Shown piece by piece: positions 13,264 through 27,405 of a stretch of 64,000 bases of DNA. Each line of letters starts with the position of its first letter. Position 1 is the stretch's first letter. The DNA comes from Callorhinchus milii (taxonomy: Eukaryota): contig NW_024704742.1 of the NCBI RefSeq assembly GCF_018977255.1, positions 42,782,001 to 42,846,000 on the forward strand, written 5' to 3'. The position numbers and the translations under genes are program-made. The notes under the pieces were generated by a model, which did not search any database, was not told the origin of the DNA, and was given only the letters and a program-made list of their open reading frames with translations.

Positions 13264-14807
13264 ATAAGGATTATTATGTCTTGGGATTATGTCCTCGATG
13301 TCTCTCACTGGTTTTATACTCTGACAAACCACAGTTCAAAGAACATTTCAACCTAGATGACGCGACTTGATTTTACTTAATCCTTAATTTTTACTGTACT
13401 TTTCATCCGGATATCAGGATGTTGTCAGATACTGTGAAGGATGTGGTTTCGAGGTAAGAACATGAGCAATTTTCCTTCCAGGTGGAGAAAATACACACAA
13501 GATGTCGAAAAGAAATTGAAACTGACAAAAATCATTGAGCTGGCTCAGGTGAATTGCAGTTAAATGAATAGTGGCTGTGCCACTTGCATTCTACCCTCGG
13601 AGACGCTCCCCTGTGTGGAGGGCACTACATACGTGCAAGTTGTTGTTGTACTCAGAGGTGAAGGATTGTACTGTACTGGTGGGTAAATCTGGCAACTAAA
13701 AAGAACAGATTGCCAATAGTACCACCTCAGGCTCTGCAATTCTGCATTAGTTCTGCTTTTGCTCTCTGCATAGCAGTGGGTGTGCTGCAACTTTCCAGTG
13801 TTATGCCAAGCTGTTATGCCAAATTGGGGGGAGCGGGGTTAGAGGTGAAGAAAGTATACCTAAAATGTCCAATGAAAGCATTTGTAGCTCCTTGAATTGC
13901 AAAACAATCCTGTTTTCACAGCTAGTCCAACAAAAAAGATTTCTGCCCATTAAAGTAATGTCATATTTTTGTGGGAGGGAACATTTCATATGCAGGAGTT
14001 ATCCGGGTGAAAAATCAGTGCAATGTTCCATGGTAGGAGAATAAGGAAGCAGCAGGGTGGCAGAGAAGCTGCAGTCAATTTCAACCTTCAAATGCTAACA
14101 TCTTAACCATTGTGAAGCCCAAAGGACAAATCCTCTGATCATACAAGATTCTAGAGCTATTTCCTAATTCACTGCATTCGCTGCCTGTGGAAACTGAGTC
14201 GTCAATTCAGAAAGGTTTGTTTTCTTCATTCAGCATTGATGAATGACATGCTAAATTAGGATGTTTTTGATTTGATTGGAGGCAATGTAAGTCGATTTAA
14301 GTGAAAACATTGTTAGGTGACAGAATCTGCCTAAAAATGTTTTGTTACAATAAAAATACGAGTACCTAATGGGTTAACGGTGTTCCTTAGCACTTTTGGC
14401 ACAAAAAGAACATCATGCAGCTCATGTCATCAATAATTTATTCCAAGTACAGTGTACAAAAAAGTAAAGTTACATTGAGTAGCAGTGGATAGCAATTAGC
14501 AGGACTGGCATGAAGTGGGAGAAGTATCAAAACGCTCAACTTGTTTTGTTTCAAGACCTCAGGTAAGGTGAAGACACTGAATATGTCACAAAAAGCAATA
14601 TTTTGTGAGCAGCGACATAATTAATGGATGTAAAAGTGCAACTGTAGCCATGGTGACTAAAGAAGATTTCTGGAAGATACTGCTTGCACATTTTATTAAT
14701 TATTCATGCTGAATCCCATAGCATATAGAGAACCAAACAGCGCAAGGTGGCAAAAATTATCTTCAGCCAGCAGCTACCCATTGTTAGTGAGAAGACAAAT
14801 CACTGTC

Positions 14808-14873
14808 ACCTTGGTTCACTGAGGCAATAATGGGTCCTGCTGTCAGATACAGCTGGAGACAGTAGGTGTGATT
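14808..14873. repeat. Left arm of a 66-bp inverted duplication (partner 15756-15821)
   Basis: Reverse complement of 15756-15821 with two mismatches. Confidence 0.92.
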
Positions 14874-15694
14874 CTTTAGCAAATGCTCATGGTATAAGTT
14901 CCCTTCCTCCCTTAGTTCAATACAATTCAAACTTGAATGCTTTTCATCAGAATTTTTTCCTTGAGTAGATGTTCCATTTTATCCTGCATTGGCTAGCCAG
15001 CCAGGATACATTTAGGATTTGTAAAGTACACTAGCAAATATTTATTATACAAGACAAAATGACATTTGTATAGCGCCTTTCACGTCAGGAGGATATCCCA
15101 AGGCCATTATAGTGGGGGGCGAGGAGCTTGGTTGAGTCTGACGAACAACCAGTGACAGCCAGGCCAAGTCCCAGGGAAGGCGGAGGTGAATCATTATAAT
15201 AATCCTGTTTTAAACTCTGCGCCTTGTGAATCCAGCTCCCACCATTTAGGCTGTAGACGCGAGGCTGATTCCCATGTGCAGTGTGATTTTTCCCTCTATC
15301 CCCCAGGCTCTACGCTGTCACAATGGGCGGGCTCCAGAACTAAGTGTCAGAAATGTCCCTCTTCATACACGAGCTGGGATTTGTAGCGAGGAGGTGGGCG
15401 GATGGGCATAGTCTTAATTGCAGCTTGGAAAACTGGTCATAGTTGAAGACGTTTTCAGAATCTCTACAAATATTACTAACCAGCTGAGGAGATGTGAGAT
15501 TTCAAGAGGGAATTTCATAGTCATAGATGTTCCCCTCCCAAAAATGCCCCAGTTTCTAGCCCCCATCTTCCAGAAATACATGGGAGAAATACTTTAATAC
15601 ACACTATTTAATGGTTTTACTTTAGGAATGACCAGAGGTACTGCAATGGTCTTTTTTTTGGTTCTATGTTCCGATTTAACAGGATGAGTCGGAA

Positions 15695-15930
15695 TAACTA
15701 TAACAATAATCCTCGCATTCGATATAGAGCTCGATCACATCAATGATGTGTCTCAAATCACGCCTACTGTCTCCAGCTGCATCTGACAGCAGGACCCATT
15801 ATTGCCTCAGTGAACCAAGGTTTTACAAGATTAACTGTAACATATAGTGACTGTATTTGTAGGTGAACATGGCAGCCAATTTGTGCGCAGAAATGTATCA
15901 CAACAGCCATAAAGTGAATGACCAATTTAT
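15695..15930 (-). mobile_element. Degenerate SINE 3' half carrying a 66-bp insert at 15756-15821
   Basis: AATAATCCTCGCATTCGATATAG...TGTCTCAAA, then the insert, then GGCAGCCAATTTGTGCGCAG. Confidence 0.75.
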
Positions 15931-16811
15931 TTGAGCAACTGATGGAAACCAGGAGACATGAATTGACATCAGGATCAGTTTTTCCCTACATTTAAACATT
16001 ATCCCTTGCATCAAGTGGCCTAAAATGCATTAGCTGAATCTAAGTGCCAGCCAGTATTATATAAGGGACACCTTCTGGTTGGAAGTCAAAGACCTAAAAT
16101 ACCTCATTGCCTTAGCCTAAAACCAATGATTTAAAAATTAAGATTGTGTCGAATTTTGGAAAATTTAAACATTTTGTCATAATTTAGAAGCTGTTTAAAG
16201 TTTCATAGTTATTTGGTTTGTCAGGGTATTGTTTCAGCAGGATGTATTCAATACAGAATCTTTAGGCATTGCTATGATTTGCCTTAGCCAAATAATAATA
16301 CTCTGATATTATAACATCCTCTACAGCCATCCTCAATTACAGCATCAAGCAGTTTGTTACATTTAGTCGCATTTCAACCCTCCTCCTTGTTAACACAGCA
16401 AATTTAGATATACAGTCAGCCCCCGGCTAATTGGACTACAGGCATCCTGAATTTGAACCAGACCAGGCCAGAAACTTAAGCATTAATAAAACATTTCCAC
16501 AGGCTCATGCGTGTTTAGCCTCCAATAAGCCTAACTTTCCTAGTGCATGCCAACACCACGCTGAGCAGCCTCACTGTCCTTGCTGGCCAGGGAGATCGAC
16601 TTTAACTCAGATTGTTTGAATCCCATGAGCAGAAAATAGCTTATTTGCTATCTTCTGCTCATAAGATTCAAACAATTTCAATTCTGGTACTAGTATTTAT
16701 CAGCATTTTTGAAAAAAATGTTTTACAAACAAATGTATTACAAAGCTTTAAATGTATTACAAACAAACATTTTTATTAAAATTTTCCTCGTGGGGGGGTG
16801 GGTGGGTGGGC

Positions 16812-17060
16812 GTAATCAGAGTGTCCTTGGAGCTGATCTGGCTCCAAGGTGACATGTTTGGCAACAGATTGTCAGGATTAAGCCAACTCTCTGTGGCGGC
16901 CTCAGTAGTCCAGTTCCTGAGCCAGGCAGCTCCACAGAAATCCAGGGCACGGCTGATAACAGCACCACAAACCTGGCTCATCAGCAGAACTTGGAAGGAC
17001 AGACCAGTCACTGGGGGCAGGGAATCCTCCCACTCAGCTTCTGTTAACCCTGGAATTTCA
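16812..17060. repeat. Unclassified old interspersed repeat, copy 2 (partial)
   Basis: Homologous to 44418-44670 in the same orientation and to about 2150-2395 in the opposite orientation. Confidence 0.7.
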
Positions 17061-17649
17061 AAAAACATCACAAGCCAAATGCTTGATTTCAGTACAGTCT
17101 TCTTTGCAACCAACATAACAACACATTAATGGAGTTTTCCGAAATGTTAATAATAATAATAATACGTGCTTTTGATATAGTGCCTTATCGCATCATTGAT
17201 GTAAGAAAGCATGGAAAGGCCATTACTCACACTTCAAGCTTACTCCTTTCATAAACCATGGCAAAATTACTTCACATAACTCATCCTGGGAGAAAATAAT
17301 CAGAGCTGCACTCTGAAGCCCGAAAGCTAAAAAGCAAAGATTTCTCCTGATATCCTGGCCAACAATCCCCCAGAGAAAAATGGTCATTCACTTCATGGCT
17401 GTTTGCGGGACTTTGATGTGTGGAATGCTGCTGCATTCACCTACAGCTTCTGATAGCAAAGATTCCATAAGAATTTAAATATTTTCCTCTTCCCCCTTCC
17501 CCTTCCCCTCTCTTCAGCTCGACCAGAACATAAATCATTGGTGTCCCTTGGAGATTTGTTCAAGTAAGGCTGTTCCTCTGCTTATATTTGAATCTAGATT
17601 TTAACAACAAAATGTCTGTGATTAGTTATTGAATCAATTATTTCGATTC

Positions 17650-18790
17650 TAAACAACAACTATACATTTGTATAGCGCCTTTCACATCAGGAGGACGTTC
17701 CAAGGCCCTGGACAATCAGTATTTAGGGCCCGAACTGGGTTGGGATTGGGGAAGGTGGAGGGCAGGGGCGAAGGAGGTTGATAGAAGGCACGGTCAAAGA
17801 GGAGGATCTTGAGATGCGTCTTGAAGGAGGCAAGGGAGGAGGTGAGGTGGAGGGACTGCTGGATGGAGCGGCGTGAGGTGTGAGACAGTGGTGGAGCCGG
17901 GCGATGTTGCGGAGGTGGGGGAAGGCAGAGAGGGCCATGGCACAGATGTGGGGTAGAAAGGATAGTTGAGGATCAAACAAGACTGCAAGGTTCCAGACTG
18001 GCTAAGCAAGGTGGAGTGTGCATCCTTGGATGGTGATGCTGTCAGCACCTGAGGTGTGGAGGCACTGACAGGAGCCAATCAGGAGGGCATTGGTCTTGTT
18101 GATGTTCAACTGTGGTCCTGGAATCGAGGGTGGAGGCAGAGAGATAGAGTTGGGTGTCATCCGCATACACGTGGAAGTTGACCCCATGTCTGCGGATGAC
18201 GTCACCAAGAGGTAGCATATAGATATTGAAGAGGACGGAGCCCTGAGGAATGCTGCATGATGCGGGGACTAGAGGAGAAACTATTAGTGCAGATGAAGTG
18301 GAGATGGTGTGAAAGGTAGGATCTGAACCATTCAAGGACAGAACCATGAAGGTTGAGGTGAAAGGAGAGGTGGTGGAGAAGGATAGAGTGGTCAATGGCA
18401 TTGAAGGCAGCAGAGAGGTCAAGGAGGATGAGGAGGCAGAAGGAGTGACAAAAATTTAATTTGTCACTTTGACCAAAACTGTTTTCATGCTGTGTGCGGC
18501 ATCGAAACCCGAATGGAGGGATTCGTGAAGGGAGTGGCTAGAGAGGATGGAGGGAAGCTGGGAAACAACGACTTGGAAAGGGAGGTTGGAAATGGAGAGG
18601 TAGTTTGAGAGGAGGGATGGGTCCAGGGAGGGTCTTTTAAGTATAGAAGTGATGACGGCCGTTTTAAAGGGTTGGGAATGGTGTCAGTAGACAAGGAGAG
18701 GCTTATGACGTCTGTAGGTAGGGGGGTAAGGAGGTGGGGCTGGGAGGTAAGGAGAGGGGCAGGGATGGGTTTCAGGGAGCAGGTGGTTAA
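17650..18790 (-). mobile_element. L2 LINE, truncated, with internal deletions
   Basis: Minus-strand [38 protein letters not shown]2 tail at 17650-17720. Confidence 0.93.
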
Positions 18791-20472
18791 AGTTAATGTT
18801 TAACCACATATTCCACTTAATCACATGCTCTAATTGAATTATTGACTATTTCAATTTTGAATTTGGAGGATCTCCTCAGAGAGACCAACAGTGAGTCTGA
18901 CTTGGTATTATAGCTTTATGAAATGAGGGAGAATGGGAGGTCATGTTACACAGATGACTGGTATACAACTTCATATATTTTCATTCTACTCCATGTTGTG
19001 ATTTTTTGGATTGGCTTCTAGGATATAATGCATCATATCATGGAAATAGATTTCTCTAACATCCATCTATTATTTAGTTCTTCCTCATCTGCATCTATAT
19101 TTCAATTCCCTGCTCACTTTTTTTTAAAAAACAAGTTTAGCTTTGCGTTTATCAACCAATGGAAATATCGAGGTTTAAATTGTGTGTTAAGCTAATCGAT
19201 CATTTGCTAAACATCTTCAAATGCAGATAGATAGCCTTGAATATGTAATTATTATTCAATAAAAAGGCTCATGGGAGATTTCTGTGTTCCTTGTTATTGG
19301 ATAGATACACTTGAGGGTATGTGGATGCATTTGAACACAATTGTCCACAGGCAGCCCATGGGCTATTATCCCAACTTATAATGGACCCTATTATTTTTAA
19401 CCCATTCCATATCTGGATAAAATCTGATCCTCCTACACTAAATGAATGACCTGATCTCCCTTGGGAAGCAATCAGAATGGAACTATATACACATAGTCAC
19501 AAGAAGAAAGCTAGATATGTTAAACATCGGTGTAAGGGACTCGCGATTTTTATATTTTATGAATAGATTCTTTGCCTAGCTAGACATCTACCCGTGTAAA
19601 TCTATCAAATAAATGATCATTTAAGCTTGGAATAAAAATGTACGACGCAAAGTTCAATTCCACTATATACAAGATAAAGTATGAACAGTTTATATAATTC
19701 TCAACCACAAGATTGTTACATCCTATAAAATCTTACTATCCATCTTAGTGTAACATATGCAGTATATGTATGATAGATATGGTGTTCCACAGCTTGTTGT
19801 TGAACTGATTTTTTTTTCTATATTTGAAGTTTTATTAAAACTGACAAATTCTTCTAAAAGCTGTCTTTATGGCCATCAAGTTTTAATTGCTGTGCATGAG
19901 AAGCATCATTGGAAAACAAAGCCTCATTGAAAGAAACATAAGTTGATTGGAAAATATACATTATATATTACAAGGAGATTCATGGGTCTATGTATTCTGC
20001 ATTTTTATGTGCAATACTGAATTGTTTATCTCAAGCAGGGAATATAGAGCATTTTAGTGTCATAAACAAATCTTCGAACTGTGTTATTTAGCTTGCTAAG
20101 GAAGTGTGGGTGGTACCTTGTACAGATGGATGAGAGTTTAATATTGTGTACTCATGAGCCCAATTTGGTGATAAAGTTGATGCATTGCTCTCTATAGGAC
20201 CTCACAAGTTTATAATAATGACTCTAGCAGAACTAAACTTTTATTGTTCAGAGCATCTTCCACAATGTATAATTTAATATTTTGATCTCACATACAAATC
20301 CTAATTCACTTGGAATAAAAACAATGCCAGAATAGCTGTAAATTATATTCAATAGTACTGCGATGAAGAATTCTTACATAACTAGGGTTTAGGAGAAAAT
20401 TAATAGATGACAATGCTATCAATCTAAATTAGTAACAGAAATGTAAAGCAGGGAAATCAGCATCCCAAAGAT

Positions 20473-22525
20473 ACAACAACAAAATTATATTTATACAGCA
20501 CTTTTAACGTCGGGAGGACGTCCCAATGCGCTGGGTAATCAGGGGTCAGGACCCGAGCATGGGGGAGGGGTGGGGAAGGGGTGAAGGAAGGCAGAGAGCT
20601 GGAAGGGCGACCAAAGGCACGATCGAAGAGGAGGGTCTTGAGACTTGTCTTGAAGGAGGCAAGGGAGGAAGTGAGGTGAACAGGCTAAACGAAGGAATCG
20701 AGCAGTTTGGTAGGGAGTCAGCAGGTCAGAGAGGTAGGAGGGGGTGAGACCATGGATGGCCTTGAAAGTGAGGATGAAGATCTTGAATTCGATCCTGAGG
20801 GATGGGGAGCCAGTGGAGTCGGGCGAGGGTGGGAGTGATGGGGTCACGGAGCCTGGTGCGTGAGAGTACACAAGCTGCAGAGTTTTGGATGATCTGCAGC
20901 TTATGAAGGAAAGAGTTGGGAAGGCCGATGAGGAGGAAATTTCCATAATCGAGCCCTGATGTGACGAATGTGAGGGTTTCGGCAGCCTGAGGGGTGAGGC
21001 AGTGGCTGAGTCTAGCAATATTGCGGAGGTGGTGGTAGGCAGTGCCGGTGATGGCGAGGATATGGGGGAGAAAGGACAGTTCAGGGTCAAACAAAACACC
21101 CAGGTTCCTGACTGGCTTAGTGAGGTTGAGTGTGCAGCCGTGGAGGCTGATACTGCCAGTGACCAAGGTGCGGAGGCTCTGGCACGAGCCAATCAGGAGG
21201 GCCTCGGTCTTGCTGATGTTCAGTTGGAGAAAGTTGTTCCTTGTCCAGGACTTGATGTTGGACAGGCAGTCGGTCAGGACGCCAGTAGTCCTGGAGTTGA
21301 GGGTGGAGGCAGAGAGATAGAGTTGGGTGTCATCCACATACATGTGGAGATTTACCCCATGTCTGCGGATGATGTCACCAAGGGGGAGCATGTAGAGGGT
21401 GAAGATAAGGGGACCAAGGACAGAGCCCTGAGGAACGCTGCACAAGACGGTGCGGGGACTGGAGGAGAAGCTGTTAGCTGAGACGAGGCGGTGTGAAAGG
21501 TAGGATCTGAACCAGTCAAGGACAGAACCTTGGAAGTTGGAAGGATGTCACTTGTTACCTTGACCAGAGCAGTTTCCGTGCTGTGGGTAGCAAGGAAACC
21601 TGATTGGAGGGGCTCATGGAGGGAGTGGGAGGAGAGGAAAGATCGAAGCTGGGAGGCAACAGCTCTCTCAAGGACCTTGGACAGAAAAGGGAGGTTGGAG
21701 ATGGGCCGGTAGCTTGATAGATGTGTTGGGTCAAGGGAAGGTTTCTTCAAGGTGGGGTGATAGTGGCTGTTTTGAGGTGGGTAGGAACAGTGCCAGATGA
21801 CAGGGAGAGGTTGATGATGTCAGCGAGGAATGGAGCTGGGATTTAAGGAGAGGGGTGGGGATGGGGTCCAGAGAGCAGATGATGGGCTTCATGGAGGATA
21901 TGGTGGTGGTGATAGAGGAGGGGCTGACAGGTTCAAAAGTGTGGAAGGAGGGATGAGTAGTGGTTGGAGTGTGGGGGGTAGGTAGGTAGGGAGGGGGTAG
22001 AAGTTGGGAAGGCAGTGTCAGCTGAACGGATTCCCTCGATTTTGGACTCAAGGAAGTCCAGCATTTCCTCGCAGTGAGACTTGGAGGAAAGAATCTGCAA
22101 GGTGTAGAGGGGAGGACAGAGGAGCTGGTTGGTGGAGGAGAACAGGAGCTTGGGGTTGCCCTTCGCCTCCAGGATTAACCTGGAATAGAAGGATGATTTG
22201 GCCGAGGTGAGAGCGGAGCGGTAGGTTTTGATGTGGTCCAGCCAGATGTGCCGGTGGACCGTTAGGTCGGATTTGAGCCAAGTGAGTTCGGCAGCCCGCA
22301 CCCGGCCCTTGAGCAAGCGGAGGTGGCTGGTGAACCAGGGTGAGGATTGGGAATAGGAGGAAGTTTGGGAGGTGAGGGGGGCACGGGCGTTGAGTGTGGT
22401 GGAGAGGGTGCTGTGGAGAAGGGTAAACGCAGAGGATGGGTTGATGCGAGAGGTGGGCCAGAGGGGGAGGAGTTCAGAGGACTCCAGGGCAGCAGAGAGG
22501 GATTGCGGAGAGATCTTTATCCATG
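20473..22525 (-). mobile_element. L2 LINE, 5'-truncated ORF2 (RT and C-terminal region) plus 3' UTR
   Basis: ORFs 20726-21445, 21352-21750 and 21933-22679 give [20 protein letters not shown]...[24 protein letters not shown] and SPWFTSHLRLLK. (TTG)n tail at about 20473. Confidence 0.95.
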
Positions 22526-22529
22526 GAAA

Positions 22530-22655
22530 AATAGGTGAGTTCACACACAAAATGTTCACCTGTCTCTCTGTTTGCTGTTGACACACCCACTGTGTTTTAC
22601 CAGTGCTTTCTGTTTTTTTTATTTTCAGGTTCAAAACGTACCTGCAGTCTTTCAT
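22530..22655 (+). mobile_element. Degenerate Penelope-type terminal fragment
   Basis: CCCACTGTGTTTTACCAGTGCTTTCTGTTTTTTTTATTTTCAGGTTC...CTGCAGTCTT resembles 40640-40716. Confidence 0.45.
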
Positions 22656-23209
22656 CACCAGATTCTGATGTGCACACAACTTGCCTTCTCCTTATTTGTG
22701 TTATCGTCAAAACACTTGAGGACCTGCTCATTCTCATTTTGGTAATCTTTCCCAGATAGGTTATATCAAAGGACAATTTGCCATCCTGCAGAATGCCCAG
22801 CTGCCATACCTCATATGTTATCTCTAAGTAAACACTTCAAAACATTCAATGCTTTTTTCTCTTTCTATTAAAACAAGGAACCTGAAGGCAGAGTCAAACA
22901 GTAGTTTACATTAATAGGACTGATTGGTGAAATGGCAGTATTTCTTGGAAAAGAAAATTTAAGAGGTCTAATGTACACATGTTGTTTTGTTTAACAGTGG
23001 TATTGTTAGGGTTAATCTGATATGTACAATAAACAAAGTAATTCTGAAAGTCTTTAAAGAAGTACTGAACAAATTATAAAGCACCCTCCATGAAGGAAAA
23101 TGTATTGGAACACTTTATAAAAACGAAGCTGGACGCTAAAGAGTAGGGAGGGGGTAAGGGGAAGATGTCTATAGTTGCAATTGAAAAGGTAAATTTTAAG
23201 GCAGAACTT

Positions 23210-23554
23210 AATAATAATAATCCTTGCATTTGATATAGCTCCTTATCACGTCTTCTAGACGTCTCAAAGCGCTTCACAGAATATACTGTAAAGTGAATTG
23301 ACTGTATATATTTGTGGGAGAAACGCAGCAGCCAATTGCGCACAAAGCGATGTGGGTTGAAGTGACCAATTTTTTATTTTTTTTGGAAAGAATTATTACC
23401 TCCAGAAAAGCGATCCGCCAGTTGACTAACAACCGGGTTCCTACTTACTGCTAGGTAAACAGAGGCGTGTGGAGTAAGGAAATTTGCCCAACATTTTGCC
23501 CTGCTGGGAATCGAACCCAGATCGAGGTGAGTGCTCTAACCACTGAGCTACAGG
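23210..23554 (-). mobile_element. Near full-length tRNA-derived SINE
   Basis: Reverse complement of the 11475 family, with A and B boxes at about 23505-23552. Confidence 0.92.
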
Positions 23555-23569
23555 CTTAAGGACTCATAG

Positions 23570-24060
23570 AGATGTGGGGTGTGGGGGGATGTGGTGGTGA
23601 GGCAGAGGGCCATAAGGAGGTAGTTCCAAAGCAACATAGAATGTGAAGGCTCGGCCATCGATGGTGGTTTAGGGAGAGCACTATATAAGTCCAAGTTGTT
23701 GTTGTTGTGTAAAGCAGACAGGGCACGTGCAGCAAACCCAAGTGAGCCAAGTGTAGGGCACAAGCAGAGGAGTGGAATAGGAGAAATTCAAAGGGGGACA
23801 TGCTCGGGAGTGAGAGGATTTATAGGTGACGGTGAGATCTTGAAATCAATCTGCTAGGAGACAGACAATGGGGCCTGGTGAGGATTGGGGGGTGGGTAAG
23901 GATGTGGGTGACAGAGTTTTAGATAAATTGGATTTATGGATTGTGGAACTAGAGTGACCAGCAAGGGTAAGTTAGAAAAGTTCATGTGGAAGGTAACACA
24001 GTTGTAGATAACAGTTTTGGTGTAAGAAAGGGGCCAAGATGGGGAATTTGACAGAGGTGA
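23570..24060 (-). mobile_element. Degenerate L2 fragments with a nested plus-strand L2 tail (about 23670-23707)
   Basis: Purine-rich antisense L2 motifs (GTTCCAAAGC, GATCTTGAAATCAATC) around an internal CTATATAAGTCCAAG(TTG)n. Confidence 0.6.
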
Positions 24061-25984
24061 ATAAAAATCTGTAGAAATGCAATATGAATTTTAGACAAAA
24101 ATGATTGTTTATGGGATATTTCTGTGAGCAATTGGGCTGCCATATTCACTTACAAATACACAGTCAGTCCACTTCACAGTAAACCATGTGAAGTGGTTAG
24201 ACACATCTTCCTGATGTGAAAGGTATGATACCAAATGCATAGTTATTATAGAAAGTATCTTAGACTCCACAATGAGATAAAGCAGTTAACATTGAGAATA
24301 GATTTAAAGTTGCTATTGTATATGAATATACAATATATGTATCTTAACTCATAAAATAGGTTGTATTACCATCCACATCAGATTATGCATTTGATACTCC
24401 AGTTAAACCTCCTAGTCTATGCAGCAATAATCTATTAAACCATGTCTCCTGTCAAATAGAAAACTAATGACGTGAGAGAAGATACAAAATGGATAGAACA
24501 GATCAAAAGAATTTATGAAAAAATTACAGATCACCTAGAAAATTGCTATTAATGGTACTTTTTCACTTGTGGATTATCCCAATGTATTTAATTGCATTAT
24601 ATTATTTCTCCAATAAAACATATATATAGGAGGCTCCTCCTCCATGCCCTCAATTCACATATGCACAAATTGGAACAGATGCACTGAGTTGATGTAAGAG
24701 GATCCCCTTGGTGTGTATCATGCTGACAACAAGGACAAGGATGAACTCCAAAACAGAATGGAGACGTAGAAAATTTAAAGGAGGAATAATTCAAATTGAC
24801 TAGGATAATAAAACAAAGTATAGAAATAACCCATGGGCAGTTAACCCAATCCACATAATTTGCACATGGGTTGTTAAACCATCCAAGAAATGAGACCCTA
24901 ATGTCATCAAATAATTTAGAAAAACGATTATATTCAATGACCGCCTGTCATTTTGCTATGGCTGTACTTTTCATCATTTACCCCAAATGAGAGTTAGAAA
25001 TGTCTAAACTGCCCTATTTGTCACAATTTCTGTATTGATAATCACATCTCACACCATTTTGGGATGATACCAGGCACATGTGGCAAGTCAAATCCTGTTG
25101 AATCTAGAGGAATGTGGAAGCTTGAGTATGTATTTACCTGCCCAGGTGTTGAGGAGGGTAACCAATGAATTCAAAATATGTTTATGTTAAGTGATAAATG
25201 TAGCTTTGACCTTCCACCGAAGCTTTGAGGAAAGAGAAATTTTAATTCTGAAGTAATATAGTTTAAGAAATGAAATATTACCTTCACACTATATAAGAAT
25301 AGAATACAGAATCTCATACAGTATATGCCAGAGGTTCCTACTCTCAGATTAAATAAAATGAATTGTTTGATTTACCTGTCTATTAAGCAAACCCCTTTAA
25401 AATTATGCAAAAATCATCCACCATCAGCAGAAAATTACTCTTTCAACTCTATAATCTGATCCTCCTGGTCTCTTGTCATCCAAACCTCTTAAAAGTGTAT
25501 AATAGCTTCTGTTTTCTTTATATTCTGAAACTACTCACCTTTTTTAATGGCCATTTACATTAAAGAATGCTGCTGATTTATTATTACATACCAATAAGAC
25601 AATAATGCCATACAATTATACAACTTTCCTCTTCTCCAGCAAGTTTCCATTTTCTCTTAAAGTGCATAATAAGACAGAAGAATCAATGTTGATTTATAAC
25701 CTATCTGGAGAAGATTACCAATACGAGAATGAACAGATCTGTGACCTGAAGTATTTTGATGATACCATAAACAAAGATCATATCTTGGTGACAAAATGCT
25801 GCAGTGTTAATTCAGCTATCATTGGCTGTTCTCACCAGATGCAAAACATCCACTTGGGAACTCGATTATATTGTAACAATGAAACAATAAGATTATTCAG
25901 TGCCTTCAACTTGCTAATATTAATCTAGCACTAAGCTAACATTATAATGCTAATATAACAGTTTCAGAATTTGAAAACAACGAC

Positions 25985-26200
25985 TACATTACAAGATTAG
26001 TTTGGATGAAGAAGGTCCTTCGGTCCATCTGATCTCATCCCTCCAAAATGCCCACTCTGCCATCCTCCCATCACAGCATCAAGCTACTTTTCAAATAAGT
26101 CCAGTGTCCTGGCCTCAAACACCATTCCTGTCAATCTGTTACAATCATTAATTATTGTTTGGGTAAAGAAATATCTTCCAGTCTGTCCTCAAATTATTAT
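25985..26200 (-). mobile_element. CR1 LINE 3' end
   Basis: ACAAGATTAGTTTGGATGAAGAAGGTCCTTCGG...GGCCTCAAACACCATTCCTGTCAATCTG is the reverse of the CR1 3' end at 51965-52230. Confidence 0.75.
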
Positions 26201-26999
26201 TATTATTTTAATACAAACTGTGTTACACAGCCTCTTCGCATTCTGAGCATGTAGTCATTGATCATCAGTCACAAGTATGCTTACTAGGCCAGACACACCA
26301 ATTTAACTGCACATCCTATTGGAGGAAAGAATCATACAGCACCATGAGTTGCCTTAATGACAAAGTTTGTAAAGCCATGCTCACGGCATTGGATATTCAG
26401 CCCGTAGCCTTCACAATCAAATAGGACAGTGCCCATGTTCTCTTAAAGGTACAACAATAGCACAAATGCAAAAGCGACATTTTTTAAACTATCTAAAAAA
26501 TCATTTAAAACAGGAATTTTAAAGATAAACAGAATAGAACATGAGCCATCTATAATGTAACAAAGAGCACATAATGCAAGGCGATTCTAAGTAATTAGCG
26601 ATTTGAATGACCTGTTACTTCTGGTAAAACATCCTGCAGTTGAGTGCTTGAATTAAAGACAGTAATTAGTGGTAGCTAATGTATTTCATATTATGTTGCC
26701 CTGTCACACTGATATAATTGATCTCACTCCAAAATATTTACCACAATTATCTACTTGGCAACTGATGTAGTGGTGAAGCTATCTTTTTCAAATCAATTAA
26801 AAATGACTTCTCTTGAGAATTAAACCAGAGAATACATATCATATTCCCACTTGATTTAAGATGCTGGATTTTTTTTATATATAGATCTAAGAGCAATGCT
26901 TCTACAAACAAATCAAATATAGTTAGGATTAAAGTTTTATTGGTAACTGTTGGAAACAATTCATTATTTAGATAGGCAGATTCCATTGAATAACAATTT

Positions 27000-27405
27000 G
27001 TATGTTTGATATAATGTCTACAACACTAAAAACATCTCAAACGTTCTGTAAAGAGCAGTGACTATGGTATTCTTGTGGGTGAATGCTGCAACTGCACAAA
27101 CAAACATGAAGTGAATGATCAATTTTATGTGGTGAATTCTTTGCACACAGAAACTCTATTATCTTTTCAACTCGTGCATTGGATCTTTAACATCTACTTG
27201 AACATGCAGAAGGAACCTCATTTTAATGTCTCATATGAAGGATGGGATCTCTGACAATTCAACAATTCCCCCCAGCCATGCACTGGAGTGTCAAACTCAA
27301 AATTGTCTGACTACAAACTCAAAATTCCAAATGGGGTTTAAATGAACAACCAAACTCCTGGCCCAGACGTGAGAGCAATAGTGCTACCACTTAAGCCAGG
27401 CTAAC
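27000..27405 (-). mobile_element. Old Deu-domain SINE (DeuSINE-like)
   Basis: GGATCTTTAACATC...TTTAATGTCTCATATGAAGGATGG...TGCACTGGAGTGTCA, homologous to 36455-36845 and 58245-58645. Confidence 0.7.

Noticed and set aside
16411..16440. TACAGTCAGCCCCCGG as a Tigger-like TIR
   Set aside because: I found no matching inverted end nearby.
16752..17129. Overlapping 125-aa and 119-aa ORFs as a coding exon
   Set aside because: They lie on the three-copy unclassified repeat, the other copies do not keep the frame, and no protein family is recognisable.
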